DNA of 64,000 bases, taken from contig NC_082730.1 of NCBI RefSeq assembly GCF_030144855.1, positions 4,154,001-4,218,000 of the forward strand, given 5' to 3'. Both the position numbers and the translations under genes were made by a program. The notes beneath the pieces are model-generated. The model ran no database searches, had not been told where the DNA came from, and worked only from the letters and a program-made list of their open reading frames with translations. This DNA comes from Hypanus sabinus. Taxonomy: Eukaryota. Each line of letters opens with the position of its first letter. The stretch's first letter is position 1. Shown one piece after another: positions 11,198 through 24,450 of this stretch.

Positions 11198-13560
11198 TAC
11201 TCTCAGTTACTCCAACATCTGCTTCTGAAAACTCCAGTCTCAACAACAAGTAACCGTTGTGTAGGTAATCATCAGGACTAAGCCCCCAAATCTCAAAGGC
11301 ACCTAGTGGCATCAATGGTAAATGTGTCAGATACCGTTTATAAATGGACCTATTAAGTAAAGTTAGTTGAGAACCTGTGTCAAGTATGGCTCGAGTAGAA
11401 ATACCTTCAGTCCATTTGGACACACCAGAGTCTGGTCCCACTAAACCTCCAGGAATATTGTTTTGCATTTTAGTATTTCCCTTGATGCACTGATTGGAAC
11501 TTATTCTCCGAGACGCCAGTCCATATCTTTACAATGTCCACCCACAGTTTTGCATCTTTTCTGCTCTGTTTGACTAACCGTTATGTACTTTCTGTAGATT
11601 TTCCTGTTCCTCATGGTTTCACTTGAAATGCCTATCTTTTCCAAGGTTGTAACAGAAAATACCTGTCAATTCTCTCATCAAAAGACCATTTATAACAGCA
11701 TTCCTCTGCTTAGTAAGTCCTACAGGTGGGTCAGTTTCCTAATAAACAGGTCACATTCAGTTAAAACATTAGCAAACATCCACTGAATCAGCTCAGTTTG
11801 AAGGCTATTCTTCTCATTCCTGAATATCTTGATCTCTGTAGCATCAGGGGCTACTTTATCAACAGAGGCTACCACTGACGGCATTACTCAGCTTCTGGAA
11901 ACATCCCGCTCCTCAATCGTATTTCCATCCTCTCTAACTTCTCTGAATAACTCAGTTAAAGATGGAGGAAGATGCTTCTTGTGAGTCATTAAAATATGTA
12001 GAGCAATCGTGCCATGTGATAATACACTCTTCACAACTTGCTCCACCCTCAATACTACCTTCTCAGGTAGTTGAATGCCCCCTTTGTGACCCACACAACG
12101 CAACAGTTTCTCTGATGAGATAAGGTAGTCATAAAGCTTCTGCCCTTCCTCCTGGACTGTGTGCCTCAACTTCATCACAGAGTCGGCCGAACGTCCAGTG
12201 GTGCCAAAGTTTGCATATAGTTTGCTGATGTAGCTAGAGAATTGTTTTGCCTTATCTCAGCTGCTAGACCCTTTAAACTCTCTACCGGTATCTATTTTTT
12301 CATATTATCTGAGCACTGCCATTCATCCAATAGATAAGATTACTCCTCACCTCAAGCCTCACATTCTTCTTCCCGATTGGCTGTGGGTTTGACTTCAGGG
12401 AACATTCTCAGCTGATAATAACACTGGCTCTCCACAGCTACACTTTAGTGTTAAACAAACAGTGACGTAAAAGCTGAAAGCAGCACTGGACTTAAATCAA
12501 CAGCTGGAGGACCAAGAAGACTTTTCACTTCAGACAAAGTCTTCCACTCACTCACAGAAAACTGTGCATCTGGCCATTAAAATATCCACCTTCTAAGTCG
12601 AGGGATATGAACTGGTCATGGCCTGCCTATCCAGGTACCCCTATTCTATCGGCCAGTGTGACTTCAGAGACATCCCTGGTAGTCGCATCGCACTTAACCT
12701 TAATATCTTTGGCATCCATAATAAAGTATCACATGCCACAAAACATTGGCTCAGACAGAAAAATCCCAGAAGAGCCCCCAAAAATGCAACCCTCTCACTG
12801 TGGCTCATAACAAAATTGGCTGGTTTGCTAACTCTGGCTAACAGTCACATAACTCAACAATAATGAGTAACGATGAGAAAGTCACCTTCAATAAGCAACA
12901 CACTTCCAGGTTCGGTACGTATCGGGTTCAACCGAATAGGAAAGTTGGCATGTTCTGATGCGGGAACAAAAATTGTAGTGAATGCTCTGTAAGTGCTGCC
13001 CCATGCAGAGTTGTCATTTCCCAGGAAATAACACCTTACACCGGCATAAAAATAAAGCGGAATTATATTTACTGACATTAAAATTTTAACAGTTAATGGG
13101 GGGGGGGGGGAAGAAAAGTGTCTAGTGCAGCTAAACTAGTTTAAATGGGCAAATAAACATTGGATCTCTGATTTCTCACTTGCTGAACCCATGATCTGCA
13201 TACAAGACACCAGTCACCTTTGGAACTTTCCTTGAAAGCCACTTTGAATGAACTGGCTAACTCAGGAGCATTGGATATTCCTGCTGAGAACTATTTGGCT
13301 ACACAAAGCACTTCTTGCAACAGTGACTCTCCTTTGAACAGTGTTGACATAGTATCTTCCCTTGTGTTCTACTCCACTGCTCCTGCCAACCAAACCTCCC
13401 CGACTGGCTGACACAACATTCCCAGCCTGAGCAAATAGTCCTCATCTCAGCCGAAGCCAAAACACTAAGCTATGAGGTTAACAATGAAAAAACCTCACAT
13501 TTGCAGAAAAACTGCCAAAATAAAAATAGCTCACAGCATAGCAGTAGAAATACAATAAAA
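11195..13560 (-). mobile_element. Ty3/Gypsy LTR-retrotransposon relic: PNMA-like gag, CCHC knuckle and aspartic protease
   Basis: Minus-strand translations: YQLRMFPEVKPTANREEECEA*..LLDEWQCSDNMKK*..ESLKGLAAE (about 12420-12250, PNMA-type capsid); QEEGQKLYDYL (ORF 11888-12178); FCYNLGKDRHF (decayed knuckle, about 11650); ILDTGSQ protease (ORF 11184-11468). Many stops and frameshifts. The upstream limit is approximate. Confidence 0.85.
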
Positions 13561-14003
13561 CACGTGCTCAACTTGGGAATGACACAGGCAAATTGTGTGA
13601 AAGTGATCAAATGGTAACCACAGAGAAGGAGGGCCAATGGGCCTGTTTCTGTAGCTCCATCCTATTTGAAGCCCTCCACCAATACCTGACAGTTCAAAGT
13701 ATATTTTGTTATCAAAGTGTGCATATATTATCCAAGCTTGAGATTCATCTCTTTATGGACAGCCACAAAACAAGAATCTCAAAAGAACCCATGAAAAAAG
13801 ACACTCCTCCTCCTCCTCCTCCCACATACCCTAATCTACACTTTATCCTCCCCATCCTAGTACCCTATTTCTCTTTATCCATCATATCCTATTCAAAAAA
13901 ACCCTGTACTGCTTAAGAAAGCTAAAAATACCCTGACCTGTTTTCTCTCACCCATGCCCAACAGCCCTTTTAATGTGAATTCCTGCACCCCAATTCCCTT
14001 AGA

Positions 14004-17000
14004 TTAATTCTCATCATCTCTCTGTATCCCATACTTCCTACAACTCAGAACTACATGTTCTACTGACTCCTCTTCCTGACATTCCACACACAATCCTGCC
14101 TGGTGTTTCCCTATCAATTTCAATGTTTGGTTTAGTGCATAGTGCCCCTGCCTTAACCTAGTCCACACAATTTCCTCTCTTCTGTATCTACTTCCTACCC
14201 TAGTACCTGCATCATTTCTTTGTATTCCATATAAATGCCTCCCTTTCCCCTCCCTGTCCCATCTTTCTTGCCACATTTGGTTAATTTTTTTCCCAGATAA
14301 CACACTTAACCTCTGCTTTACTGATACTAATGTGCATTTCTATATTTTCTTTCTTTATTGCCCTCTTTGCCAACTCATCCACCCTTTCATTGCCCTTCAC
14401 CCCTACATGAGCTGGAACCCATAGAAATTTATCCTGACCTCCCTGATTTGCAACTCTTGTGACTGACTGAAGGATTTCATGAAGTACATCTTGCCGGCTG
14501 TTTGAGTGAGAAGACCTTAATCTTGCTAGTACTGAAGATGAATCTGAGCATATCAACGCTTTGACGAGTTTAGTTTTCTCCACCCAACACAACGCAACCA
14601 ACACTGCCATCATCTCCACTGTATACACCGCTAACTTATCAGATGTTCTTCAGCTGATTGCAATTGCTTTTGCTGGTATAGCCACCCCAAACCCTGTCAC
14701 TCCTGTCTCAGGTTCCTTAGCACCATCTGTATAGACCTGAGTATAATCACTATACTTTTCCATCACATGACAGTTAAATGCACTTACCAAATCAGTTTTA
14801 TACTTTCCTTTCCTTGTTACCTTTAACAAATGCCAGTCTACGTCAGGCCATACCAGCTTCCATGGAGCTACTGAAGGACTTATCCTTAGATCAAACACTC
14901 CACATGATCTAGCAATATCATTCCCTACCCAACTAAAGTTTTCCCTCTGAAACCTCCCATTTTCCCAGGACTCCTGTAACACTCCTTTAGCAGGGTGAGA
15001 GTCATTGTGTCCCTGCAAATAAACCCAGTAGTTTGCCATCAATTGCATCCTTCTTAATTCCAAAGGCATTATTCCGATTTCTACCTGCAGGGCCGATACT
15101 GGTGATGTTTTAAAAGCCCCACTGCACACTCTCAAAACCTGAGCCTGAATCACATCCAGTTTCCTTGTAAGAGATCTAGCTGCTGATCCATACGCTACAC
15201 TTCCATAATCCAACACAGATCTTACTAAAGCCACATACATTCTCTTCAATGCGGAACAACTTGCTCCCCATTCCCTACCAGTCAAACATCTCATCACGTT
15301 TATTACTTTTTTACATTTCTCCTCAACTTTCCTGATATGGTCTGCCCATGTTAATTGTGAATCAAATATAAATCCCAGAAATTTAAATGATCCAACCCTT
15401 TCTAATTCAATCCCATACATCCTTAACTTCTTCCCTACTTCAATTCTTTTTCTAGTGAAAAATACAGTTTGAGGTTTTTTTTCCACTGAAAATCTACATC
15501 CCCAATCATAACCCCACTCTACCACTTCATCAATTGCTCCTTATTGTTTCCTGATTATATGCCCCATGTTCCTGCCTCTTTTCCACAAGGCCCCATCATC
15601 CACAAACAGTGACCTACCTATATCGACTGGTACCTTTGTGAAGACATCGTTGATCATAATGATGAAAAGTAACGGGCTAATCACACTACCCTGAGGTGTG
15701 CCATTTCCCACTATGTACTGTTTTGATAATTCTGATCCAATCCGAACTTGAATTTTTCTACCAAACAAAAAATATTTAATCCAATTAAAAACTCTCCCCC
15801 CAACCCCCATCTTGTGCAGTTTAATTAATAATCCTTCCATATCATATCATAGGCTTTGTCAATGTCAAAAAAAACACTGCAACTACTGACTCTTCATTTG
15901 CCTGGGCCTTTCTTATTTCAGTCTCTAACCTTATCACTGAGTCCATGGAATTCCTCCCCTTCCTAAAACCACTCTGATAACTTGCCAGCATTCCTCTCTT
16001 CAAGATCATATGATAACCTTTCAGTTATCATCCTTTCCATTACCTTACATATATTTGATGTTAGTGCTATTGGCCTGTAGCTAGTGGGTTTTGACTGATC
16101 CTTGCCAGGTTTCCTTATTGGAATTACTACTGCTTCTTTCCATGCACTTGGTAATCTTCCCTCCTCCCACATTCTGTTATAAAAATGCAGTAACTTCAAG
16201 AGCGCTCCCTCTCCTAGATTTTTTAGCATAACATAGCATATTAGATCGTTCCCTGGGGAGGTTGTTCTTGATCTCTTTATTGCTCTCACCATTTCTGCAA
16301 AAGTAAATGGATCATCAATTGTATCATCCATTTCTTCCCTCCAATTTAACACACCTGGGTATTGACTCATTGTTCTTTCCCTTTTCCCTTCTTCAGACAA
16401 ATTTTCTGAACTATGTATCTTTACAAATGACTTGGCTATGATCTCAGCCTTATCCCTGCTGGAGACTGCTGTTTCCTCCTCAGATATCTTTACTGGATAC
16501 TCCCAATCCCTTCCATCTCCCCCCAGCCTCTTAATCATTCCCCATACCTCTACCACAGGCATTTTTCTTCCTATTTTGTTGCAAAAACTCCTCCAACTTG
16601 CTCTTTTAGCTTGACGTATAGTTCCTCTCACCTCTGCCTGTGCCTTCTTATATTGAATCAAATGGTGCATATTATGGGTTCTTTTAACTAGCCTGAATGC
16701 TCTATTTCTGTTTTTTTACAGCCTGACAACATTCCTTTGTCCACCATGGCACAAGTTTTCTATTCATCCTATTTTTACTCCTGGTTTATAGATCCTTCTG
16801 CTGCCATAATAATTGCTGAAGTCCCCTGACTGTTTAATTCATCTATATCTCCAGAAATGTCAATCCTTCTTTGCGTAACTTCTGGAACTTAACCCAATCT
16901 GCTTTTCCAAACACCCACTTTGGGACTCCCCCACCTGGTCTTATTTCAACTCTTTCACCCACTGAACATAAATCTGGGTAGTGATCACTGCCTACTGTTG

Positions 17001-17603
17001 AAGCAGTCCAAACTCCCCAGTTACTAATGCCAGCCAAGACATTAGACACTAACGTTATATCAATACCGACTCAGTTCCTGTTATGTTTATCCTTGTTCCT
17101 CTACCATCATTCATACACACCAAATCCCTTTCTTCCATCAAATCTTCAATTACCGTTCCATTTGAATCAGTAATCGGATCACCCCATATTGTGCTGTGAG
17201 CATTGAAATCTGCATACCACACTACTTTATGTCTATTTTGTCCTTGTATCCTTAGTAGGCTGTCCAAATCCAACCTCTTACATGGATTGTAGTAGTTAAT
17301 TATAACCACTCCCTCACCTCTCTTCCATATTTCCACCACTATTTATTCCTGTTCGTCTCCTTTTTCCAGTACTCTATACGGTATACCTTGCTTGATTAAC
17401 ATAGCACAACCTCCTCCTCCCCCTAGATTTCTGTCTTTCCTTATCATTGTATACCCATGTACCACAAAGTCTAAAGCTGGTTTCAACCAAGTTTCCTGAA
17501 TACACACTACATCCGGTTTTACAACCATTTCTTTAATAAAGTCCTTAAATTCCTGGCCATTGGCCAGTAAACTCCTTGCATTCCATTGCAAGAGGATCAC
17601 CAT
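14004..17603 (-). pseudogene. Nimb/I-type ORF2 (APE endonuclease, RT, RNase H, C-terminal CCHC), frameshifted
   Basis: LQWNARSL..CIQETWL (APE), YRPIALTS, GTPQGSVISP..FVDD (RT), YTDGAK / SDS / WVPAHVGVKGNERVDELAK (RNase H), CVECQEEESVEHVVLSC. Confidence 0.92.
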
Positions 17604-17620
17604 AATGAGTATTAACCAAC

Positions 17621-18862
17621 CTATGACACTTCCTCGCTTGACTGATTAGTGAGGTTCTCCCTCACTTCTTCCCATGTCAGTCCAACTAACCCTAAATGGT
17701 TTACTGCTGCTTTGACCACCAGCTGAATTTTGTCACTTTTTGACTTTACCTCTGCCGTACTATTAAGGACTCCTGCAATGAATGTTACTAGAGCTTTTTT
17801 CCCCACATAAATTCTGTCATTTACTCTTCGCTGCATCTCATGTATCCCTATTGCTCTCTGGTCATTAGGAGCATTATTTAGTTCTCTTCACATTCTTACA
17901 GCTTCTGCATGAGTGATCTTTTTTTTCACTCTTATTTCTTGAATTTTATTCTCCCATCTCATAACCTCACGCTCACAATACGCCACATTATGAGCTCCTC
18001 CACAATTACAGCATTTTGGTTGCACTCCTGTTCCGCACTTTCCATATTCATGATCATCCCCACATCTAGCACATCTCCTCTGCCTTTTACAGTTTTTAGC
18101 TATGTGTTCACACCTTTGACAATTATAGCACCTCAATGGCTTTGGCACACATACCCTTACTGGGTAACTCAGGAAACCCAGGAACACTTTCCTTGGCACT
18201 CTTTCTTCTTCAAATTCAATCAATACTGTTTCACTTTCCTTTTTCATTCCCTCCTTTGTTGTTTTCAGTCTTAGAATATTAATTACTTTCCCCCCTTTGA
18301 TATTCCTCTTCAACTCCTCCATGTTTATACTCATTGGTATACCCATGATCACTCCTTTACAGCCACCATTTCATGCTCCCACCCTCCCTGTATATTCCAC
18401 CTTGCATTTTCCTATCTCTTTTAGCTTGAGTGCTTTCTCAAGTTGTTCCTCATTCACACGCCTTACCAATAGATTGCCATCATTAAGGACTTTTGCAAAT
18501 ACTATTTCCCCTATCTTATTTGCCAGAGTTGTTGTTAGCACAAAAAGGGTACTTTTCTTCATGGTTCCTTGCACCTTCTCATTAAAACTAATTATGACAA
18601 CACCTCCTCTCTGAACTTGTTCATCTTCCTCACTTTCAGAACTCTCTCCACTGTCATTTCTTATTCTTTTATTCCCTTTGTCTTGGTTTTCATTCATCCT
18701 TCCCCTCACTATCTCCTTATTCCCTTTATTTCTCCCTTCACAATAATCCATTTCTCCCCAGCTGCCTACCTCTGATCCCAAATCCCTATCCCACTCCTTC
18801 CCGACTCTTCTTCCCTCAACAAGTCCCAAACCACATGCACCAACTCTAATCAGAACCCTCAC
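17621..18862 (-). pseudogene. Nimb/I-type ORF1 (gag-like, zinc knuckles), frameshifted
   Basis: RCYNCQRCEHIAKNC, RCARCGDDHEYGKC and KCCNCGGAH in ORF 17888-18352, with flanking fragments 18371-18862 and 17621-17836. Confidence 0.9.
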
Positions 18863-20082
18863 CCCCCTCCACCACCCACCCAGTCACCGTCCCACAGCCC
18901 CTTATAAACACCTGCCGCCAAATTGGCCACAGGTGTGCCTCTTTGATCCAGGCTGATCTTAACAGCTGCAAGAACCAGAGTCCGGAGCTTCGGACCGGAT
19001 TGAGACCCGGAATGCAGATTCTGGACCGGACAGGACACTGACACATGGGCTGATCCAATAACCCTTTCATTCCTGGAATCATTCTTGTGAATCTTCTCTG
19101 AACCCTCTCCAATGTCAGTATATTCCAGTCCGTTAGCCTCTGCACCTAGGTCCAGGTATGACTCTAAGCTGAGCAGATTCTTTTGAAATGTTTCACCTCA
19201 GACTTCTGCCTCTTGGTCGTGCTCTTCTTGTACACTTGATAAAAGTGATGAGATTGAGTCTTACCCATGTCCCACCTAGACTTCAGAAAAGGGAATGTCC
19301 AGAACCTTTGGAATGAATCCTGGAGTCGGCCACCTTCCAGCAGCCAGTTGTTACAGAGCTTACGTGGACCCCACTCATGTGCACGTCAGGACGAACTCTG
19401 CCCACGCGAAGTGATGGATTGAGTATGAAACTGGCCTCACAGTGGACATCAGACATGTTTGCTGCTCAAATTATAGATGGTCTCCTCCGTCAGCCCCCTT
19501 CAACTGTTACACCAGTGCTTGATCACACTGGGGACTGCAGCAACCCTCCTCTTACCGGTAGATTTCAATTTCAAAAAAGAGGCAGTCCCACTGGAAATTA
19601 AAATGAAATGATTCATGTTGAGTTCCCCCCGCTGCCCCCCTGCATCCAAGAGACAGGTGGCTACAATTAAAATGGACTCCACGGGGTGTGGAAATGTGGC
19701 ACAACCCCGGTGAGACTCACCATCTTTTATAGATGCACCAGAGCAAGCATCCTATCTGGATGCATCACAGCTTTGTATGGCTACTGCTCTGAATATGAAA
19801 TGGCAGAGTTGTGAATGCAGCTCAGTCTGTCACACAAAGCAACCTCCCATTCATGGACTGTGTCCTCACTTACCACCGGCTCAGGAAAGGAGACAACACA
19901 ATCAAAGAGTCCACACACCACTGTCATTCTCTCCTCTCTCCCCAGTCCACCCCCACACCGTCCCACTGACCCAAAAATCTGTCTTTCTCTGCCCAACACC
20001 CGACCCCACACCATGCCTTCCAACAACACTCTCCGCAAAGTCTCCACTTTGTCTCCACCGTCCCCAGCACACAGATGCACAG

Positions 20083-20120
20083 ACGCACACAGACACACAT
20101 AGACACACACACACACACAC
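20083..20120. repeat. (CA)n-rich microsatellite
   Basis: Direct reading; much shorter in the unit 2 paralog (about 46500). Confidence 0.85.
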
Positions 20121-20240
20121 ATGGGATCAGGGTGGAGACAGCAATCGGAGGGTGGAGGGGGGTTGAGGACTGAGGTAGATCATCCATTTTCATATTCAAT
20201 GGTGTGAGAGGCTGGGTTGCTTGAGGGGCCAAAGCCAACT

Positions 20241-20245
20241 CGTGT

Positions 20246-20276
<31 letters not shown>

Positions 20277-20286
20277 CGTGTGTGTG
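20241..20286. repeat. (GT)n microsatellite
   Basis: Direct reading. Confidence 0.9.
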
Positions 20287-21356
20287 CGAGACAGAGAGAG
20301 GTGGAGAGATCTTGGGAACTGAGGGAAAGACACAGAATAAGTAACCAAGAGAGGAATGTGGACGCAGAGACTTCTGAAGAGAAATTAAAGATAAAGTGAA
20401 AGAGATGTGCTGTCAGAGACTATGTGAAACAGGAGAATGAAAGGACAAGATAGAGATGGGCAGAGAGGCTGTGGGTAAGGGTACAGAATCTGAGAGAGGG
20501 AGAGAGCTAGAGATGGACAGGGACTGTGGTTGGAGATGTGGAGATGGTTAATGGGATGTGTTTGAGTTACAGCTTGTGCTCTGTGCCTGTTTGGAGTAGT
20601 ATTGCCTCTTCCCCATCACAGTGCATTAGATAAGTGTGACATAGCCAATTTCCACTGCTTTACTTATTACCCCTCAACCATCAAGCTCTTGAGTAAATGT
20701 GGATACCTACCCTCACTACCCCATCATTAAATGTCTTACACCAAAGATCTCACTTTAAGGATTCTTTATCTCATTATCTCATGTTCCCAATATTCATTGT
20801 TATTTATTTATATTTGCATTTGCACAGTTTTGGTTGTCTTCACTCTGGTGAATCTTTCATTGATTCTGTTTTAGTTACTATTCTATGGATTTGTTGAGCA
20901 TGCCCAAAGCAAAATACATCTCAGGCCTGTATATGGTGATATATATGTTCCTTGATAATAAAACTTACTTTGATCACTTTGAAGTGTACTTGTTTCCAAT
21001 CTTTGTTCTCCAATCACCAAATGAAGTTACAAGTTTTAAGTTCAAGCCCAAGTTTCAAGTTTAATTATCATTCAAATATACATGAATACAGGCAAACGAC
21101 AAGGTGTAAGTCACAAACCAACAGCGTACAGCGCACTGCACATAGCACATTGCACAAATAGCACGTTTGGTTATTCATCAGTGCAGAACAACATACAGTC
21201 ACAAAGAGAGATAAAAATATATCGCCCAAGTCTTGAGTTGTCCTGGTCCAGCTTGTTCTTTCACCAAGTGAACACTGGAGGGCAGCACAGACAGGAGGGC
21301 TCAGACACCAACCCAGTATGAAATCTGATTTGGACAATCCACATAGTATAGTGAGA

Positions 21357-24300
21357 ATGGTTGCAAGGACAGTGTACCTGGAGGAAAAATGTACAGCCAG
21401 TGCAGAGTACACCTGTGGCCATTCCCCTCAATAATAACTTTAGATACTATTGAGAGGGATGACCTAACAGGGAGGAGCCACAATGACCAGGTCTCTGGCA
21501 CTGAGTTTGATGCTGTGTCTCAGATGAGCGGAGAGGTGAAGAGGACTGCAGTATTGGTAGGAGATTCCTTCATCGGAGGAACAGAGAAAAGGTTCTGTGG
21601 GTGAGATAGAGACACACAAATTGTATCTTGCCTCCCTGATGCCAGGATCAGGGATATCTCAATTCTTGACCATGGCATTCTCAAAGGCAAAGTTGAGCAG
21701 CTGAAGTTTTTGTACATATTGACATCATGACATGGGTAAATAATGTGATGAGGTCCTGAAGAGAGATTTTATGGAGCTAGGTAGAAAGCTGAGAAACAGG
21801 ACCATCAGGATAGTGATCACTGGATTGTTGCCTGTGCCATGTGCCACTGAGGGAAAGAATAGGATGATTTGGCAGGTGAATATGTAGCTGAGGAACTGGA
21901 GCATGAGGCAAGGGTTGAAATTTATGGATCTTAGTGATCTCTCCTGGGGCAGCTATGACCTGTACAATAAAAGACAGGCTACACCTGATCCCGAGGATCT
22001 CCAATATCCTTGTGGGCAGGTTGGTTCAAGTTGTTTGGGTGGGTTTAAACGAGTTCAGCAGGGGGCTGGGAACTGGAATGATAATGCGGAGGATGAGCGC
22101 TATCAGATGTAAATAGATGGAATGTGTAGTGAGACTCCTAGCAGGCAGACCTATACGATAGATAAAAATTGCAGTAAACCGGAAGAGCTGTAATGTAAAG
22201 GTGTTCAAAATTGAAAAAGGTGAATACAGAACTAAAGGTGTAATATTTGACCGCGGGCGGTAATGGAATAAGGTCGATGAACTTATAGTACAGATTCAGA
22301 TTGGCAAAGATGATGTAGGTATCACTGAATAGGCAGGAAGGCAGAGGGTCTGGCATGGCACTGTTGATAAAAAATGAAATTAAATCATTCGAAAGAAGTG
22401 ACATAAGGTCAGAAGATGTTGAATTGTTGTAGTTAGAGCTGCGGAACTGCAAGGGTAAAGAGACACTGATGGGTGTTATCTACAGATGCCCAAACAGAGG
22501 TAAGGATGTGGTCTACAAGTTAGAATGGGAGATGTGAATTGCCTGCCAAAAGGGCAATGTTACAGTACTCACAAGGTCCATCAATATACAAGTAGATTGG
22601 GAAAACCAGGTTGGTGTGGGATTCCAAGAGGGGCAATTTCTAACTTATGGGATATCTTTCTAGAGCAGTTTGTGTTTGAGCCCTGTAGGGGTTAGCTGTT
22701 CTAGATTGAGTGTTGTGCACTGAACCAGAATTGATCAGAGAGCTTAAAGTAAAACAATCTTGAGGGGTAACTTATCATTATGTAGTCAAAATGACACTGC
22801 AATTTGAGAAAGGGAAGCTGAAATCACATCTTACAGTATTACAGTGGAGTAAAATATATCACAGGGGCATGAGAGAGGAGTTGTCCAGTACTGATTCAAG
22901 AAAAAAATAACACAGGCAAGGATGATGACAGAGATGCAATCGCTGCAATTACTTAAAGCGATTCAGATGACACAGGATTTATTATTCTCAGTGTAGGAAG
23001 TATACTAAGGGCAAGATGACACAACCATGGCTAACGAAGGAAGTCAAGGTCAACATGAGGTCCAAAGTGAGGACATATAATAGAGCAGAAAATTTGCGAG
23101 ATGTTAGGGGAGTGGGAAGCTTTTAAGTACCAACAAAAGGCAACTAAAAGTCATTAAGTAGGTAAATATGGAATAAAGCTAGCCAATAATATTAAAGACA
23201 ATACCAGCAATTTCTTCAGGACCATAAAGTGTGAAAGAGAGGCAAGACTGGATGTTGGACCAGTGGAAAATGATACTGTTATGGGGACAAGGAAATGGCA
23301 GGAAAACTGGATAAGTATTTTGCATCAGTCTTACTGTGGAAGAATCTAACAGTGTGGAGGAAGTTATAGGTATCAGGGGTCATGTAATGTGTAAAGTTAC
23401 CACTACTAGAGAGAAGGTCCTTGGGACACTGAAAGGTCTGATGATGGATAACTCACCGGGAGCAGATGGTGTACTCCCCTAGATTCTGATAGAGGTGGTT
23501 GAACAGATTGTGGAGGCATTAGTAATGACCTTTCAATAATCATTAGATTCTGTAAAGGTTCCTGAAGACTGGACAATTGCAAAAGGAACCCCACTCTTCA
23601 AGAAAAGAGAAAGGCAGAAGAAAGGAAATTAAAGGCCAATTAGTCTGACCTCAGTGGTCGCGAAGATGTTGGATTCAGTTGTTAAGGATGTGTTTTCGAG
23701 GTTCTCGGAGACACAGGATAAAATAGGCCATAGTCAGCATAGTTTTCTCAAATGAAAATCTTGCCTGACATATCTGTTGGAATTTTTTGAAGAAATAACA
23801 AGCAGGATAGACAAAGGAGAATTGGTTAATGCTGCAAACTTGTGTAACACCCTGGGAAAGTGTTCACTGCTGACATAATGGTCTTTCAGTAGAAGCTGTG
23901 TTTGGAGTATTGTGAGCAGTTTTGGGCCCTTTACCTCAAAAAGGATGTGCTGAAACTGGAGAGAGAACAAAGGAGGTTCATGAAAATTATTCCAGGATGA
24001 ATTGACTTGTCCTATGAAGTGAGTTTGATTGTTCAGATCCTGTAATCAATGGAAATAAGAAGAATGAGGGATGACCTAATTTAAACCTACCAAATGGTAA
24101 AAGGTCTTGATAGAGTCTCTGAGGAGAGGACGATTTCTATGCTTGGCGTTTCGAAGACCAGAGCGGACAGACTCGAAATAGATTGGCATCCTCTCCGAAC
24201 AAAGCTTAGAAGGAATTTGTTTAGCTAGAGAGTGGTCAATCAATGGTATTTGTGATCACAGGCAGCTGTGGATGCCAATTCTTTATGCGTAAGGCAGAAG

Positions 24301-24450
24301 TTGATAGATTTCTGATTGATCAAAACATGAAGTGATATAGGGGAAGACAAGTAATTGAGGCTGAGCGGAAAAATGGATCAGCCATGATGAAATGGTGGAG
24401 CAGACTTGATGGGGCAAAGGACCTAATTCTGCTCCTATATATTATGGTCG
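21357..24450 (+). mobile_element. Old CR1 LINE with SGNH/GDSL-esterase ORF1 remnant and deleted ORF2
   Basis: AVLVGDSFIGGTEKRFCG..SCLPDARI (CR1 ORF1 esterase), GVIYRCPN (APE) and decayed RT. The paralog is at 47702-50975. Confidence 0.85.

Larger units (their letters stand above)
13801..18940 (-). mobile_element. Near full-length I-clade (Nimb-like) non-LTR retrotransposon with RNase H
   Basis: ORF1 has three Cys/His knuckles and ORF2 has APE-RT-RNase H-Zn finger, in order over about 5.1 kb. It is absent from unit 2 (homology breaks after CCCATGAAAAAAG at 13800/43196). Confidence 0.93.

Noticed and set aside
11184-12178. Domesticated PNMA- or ASPRV1-like host gene
   Set aside because: There are multiple stops and frameshifts in gag, and the capsid part is deleted in the paralogous copy.
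19777-20399. Cluster of overlapping ORFs
   Set aside because: They are produced by CA/GT microsatellites and low-complexity repeat-derived sequence.
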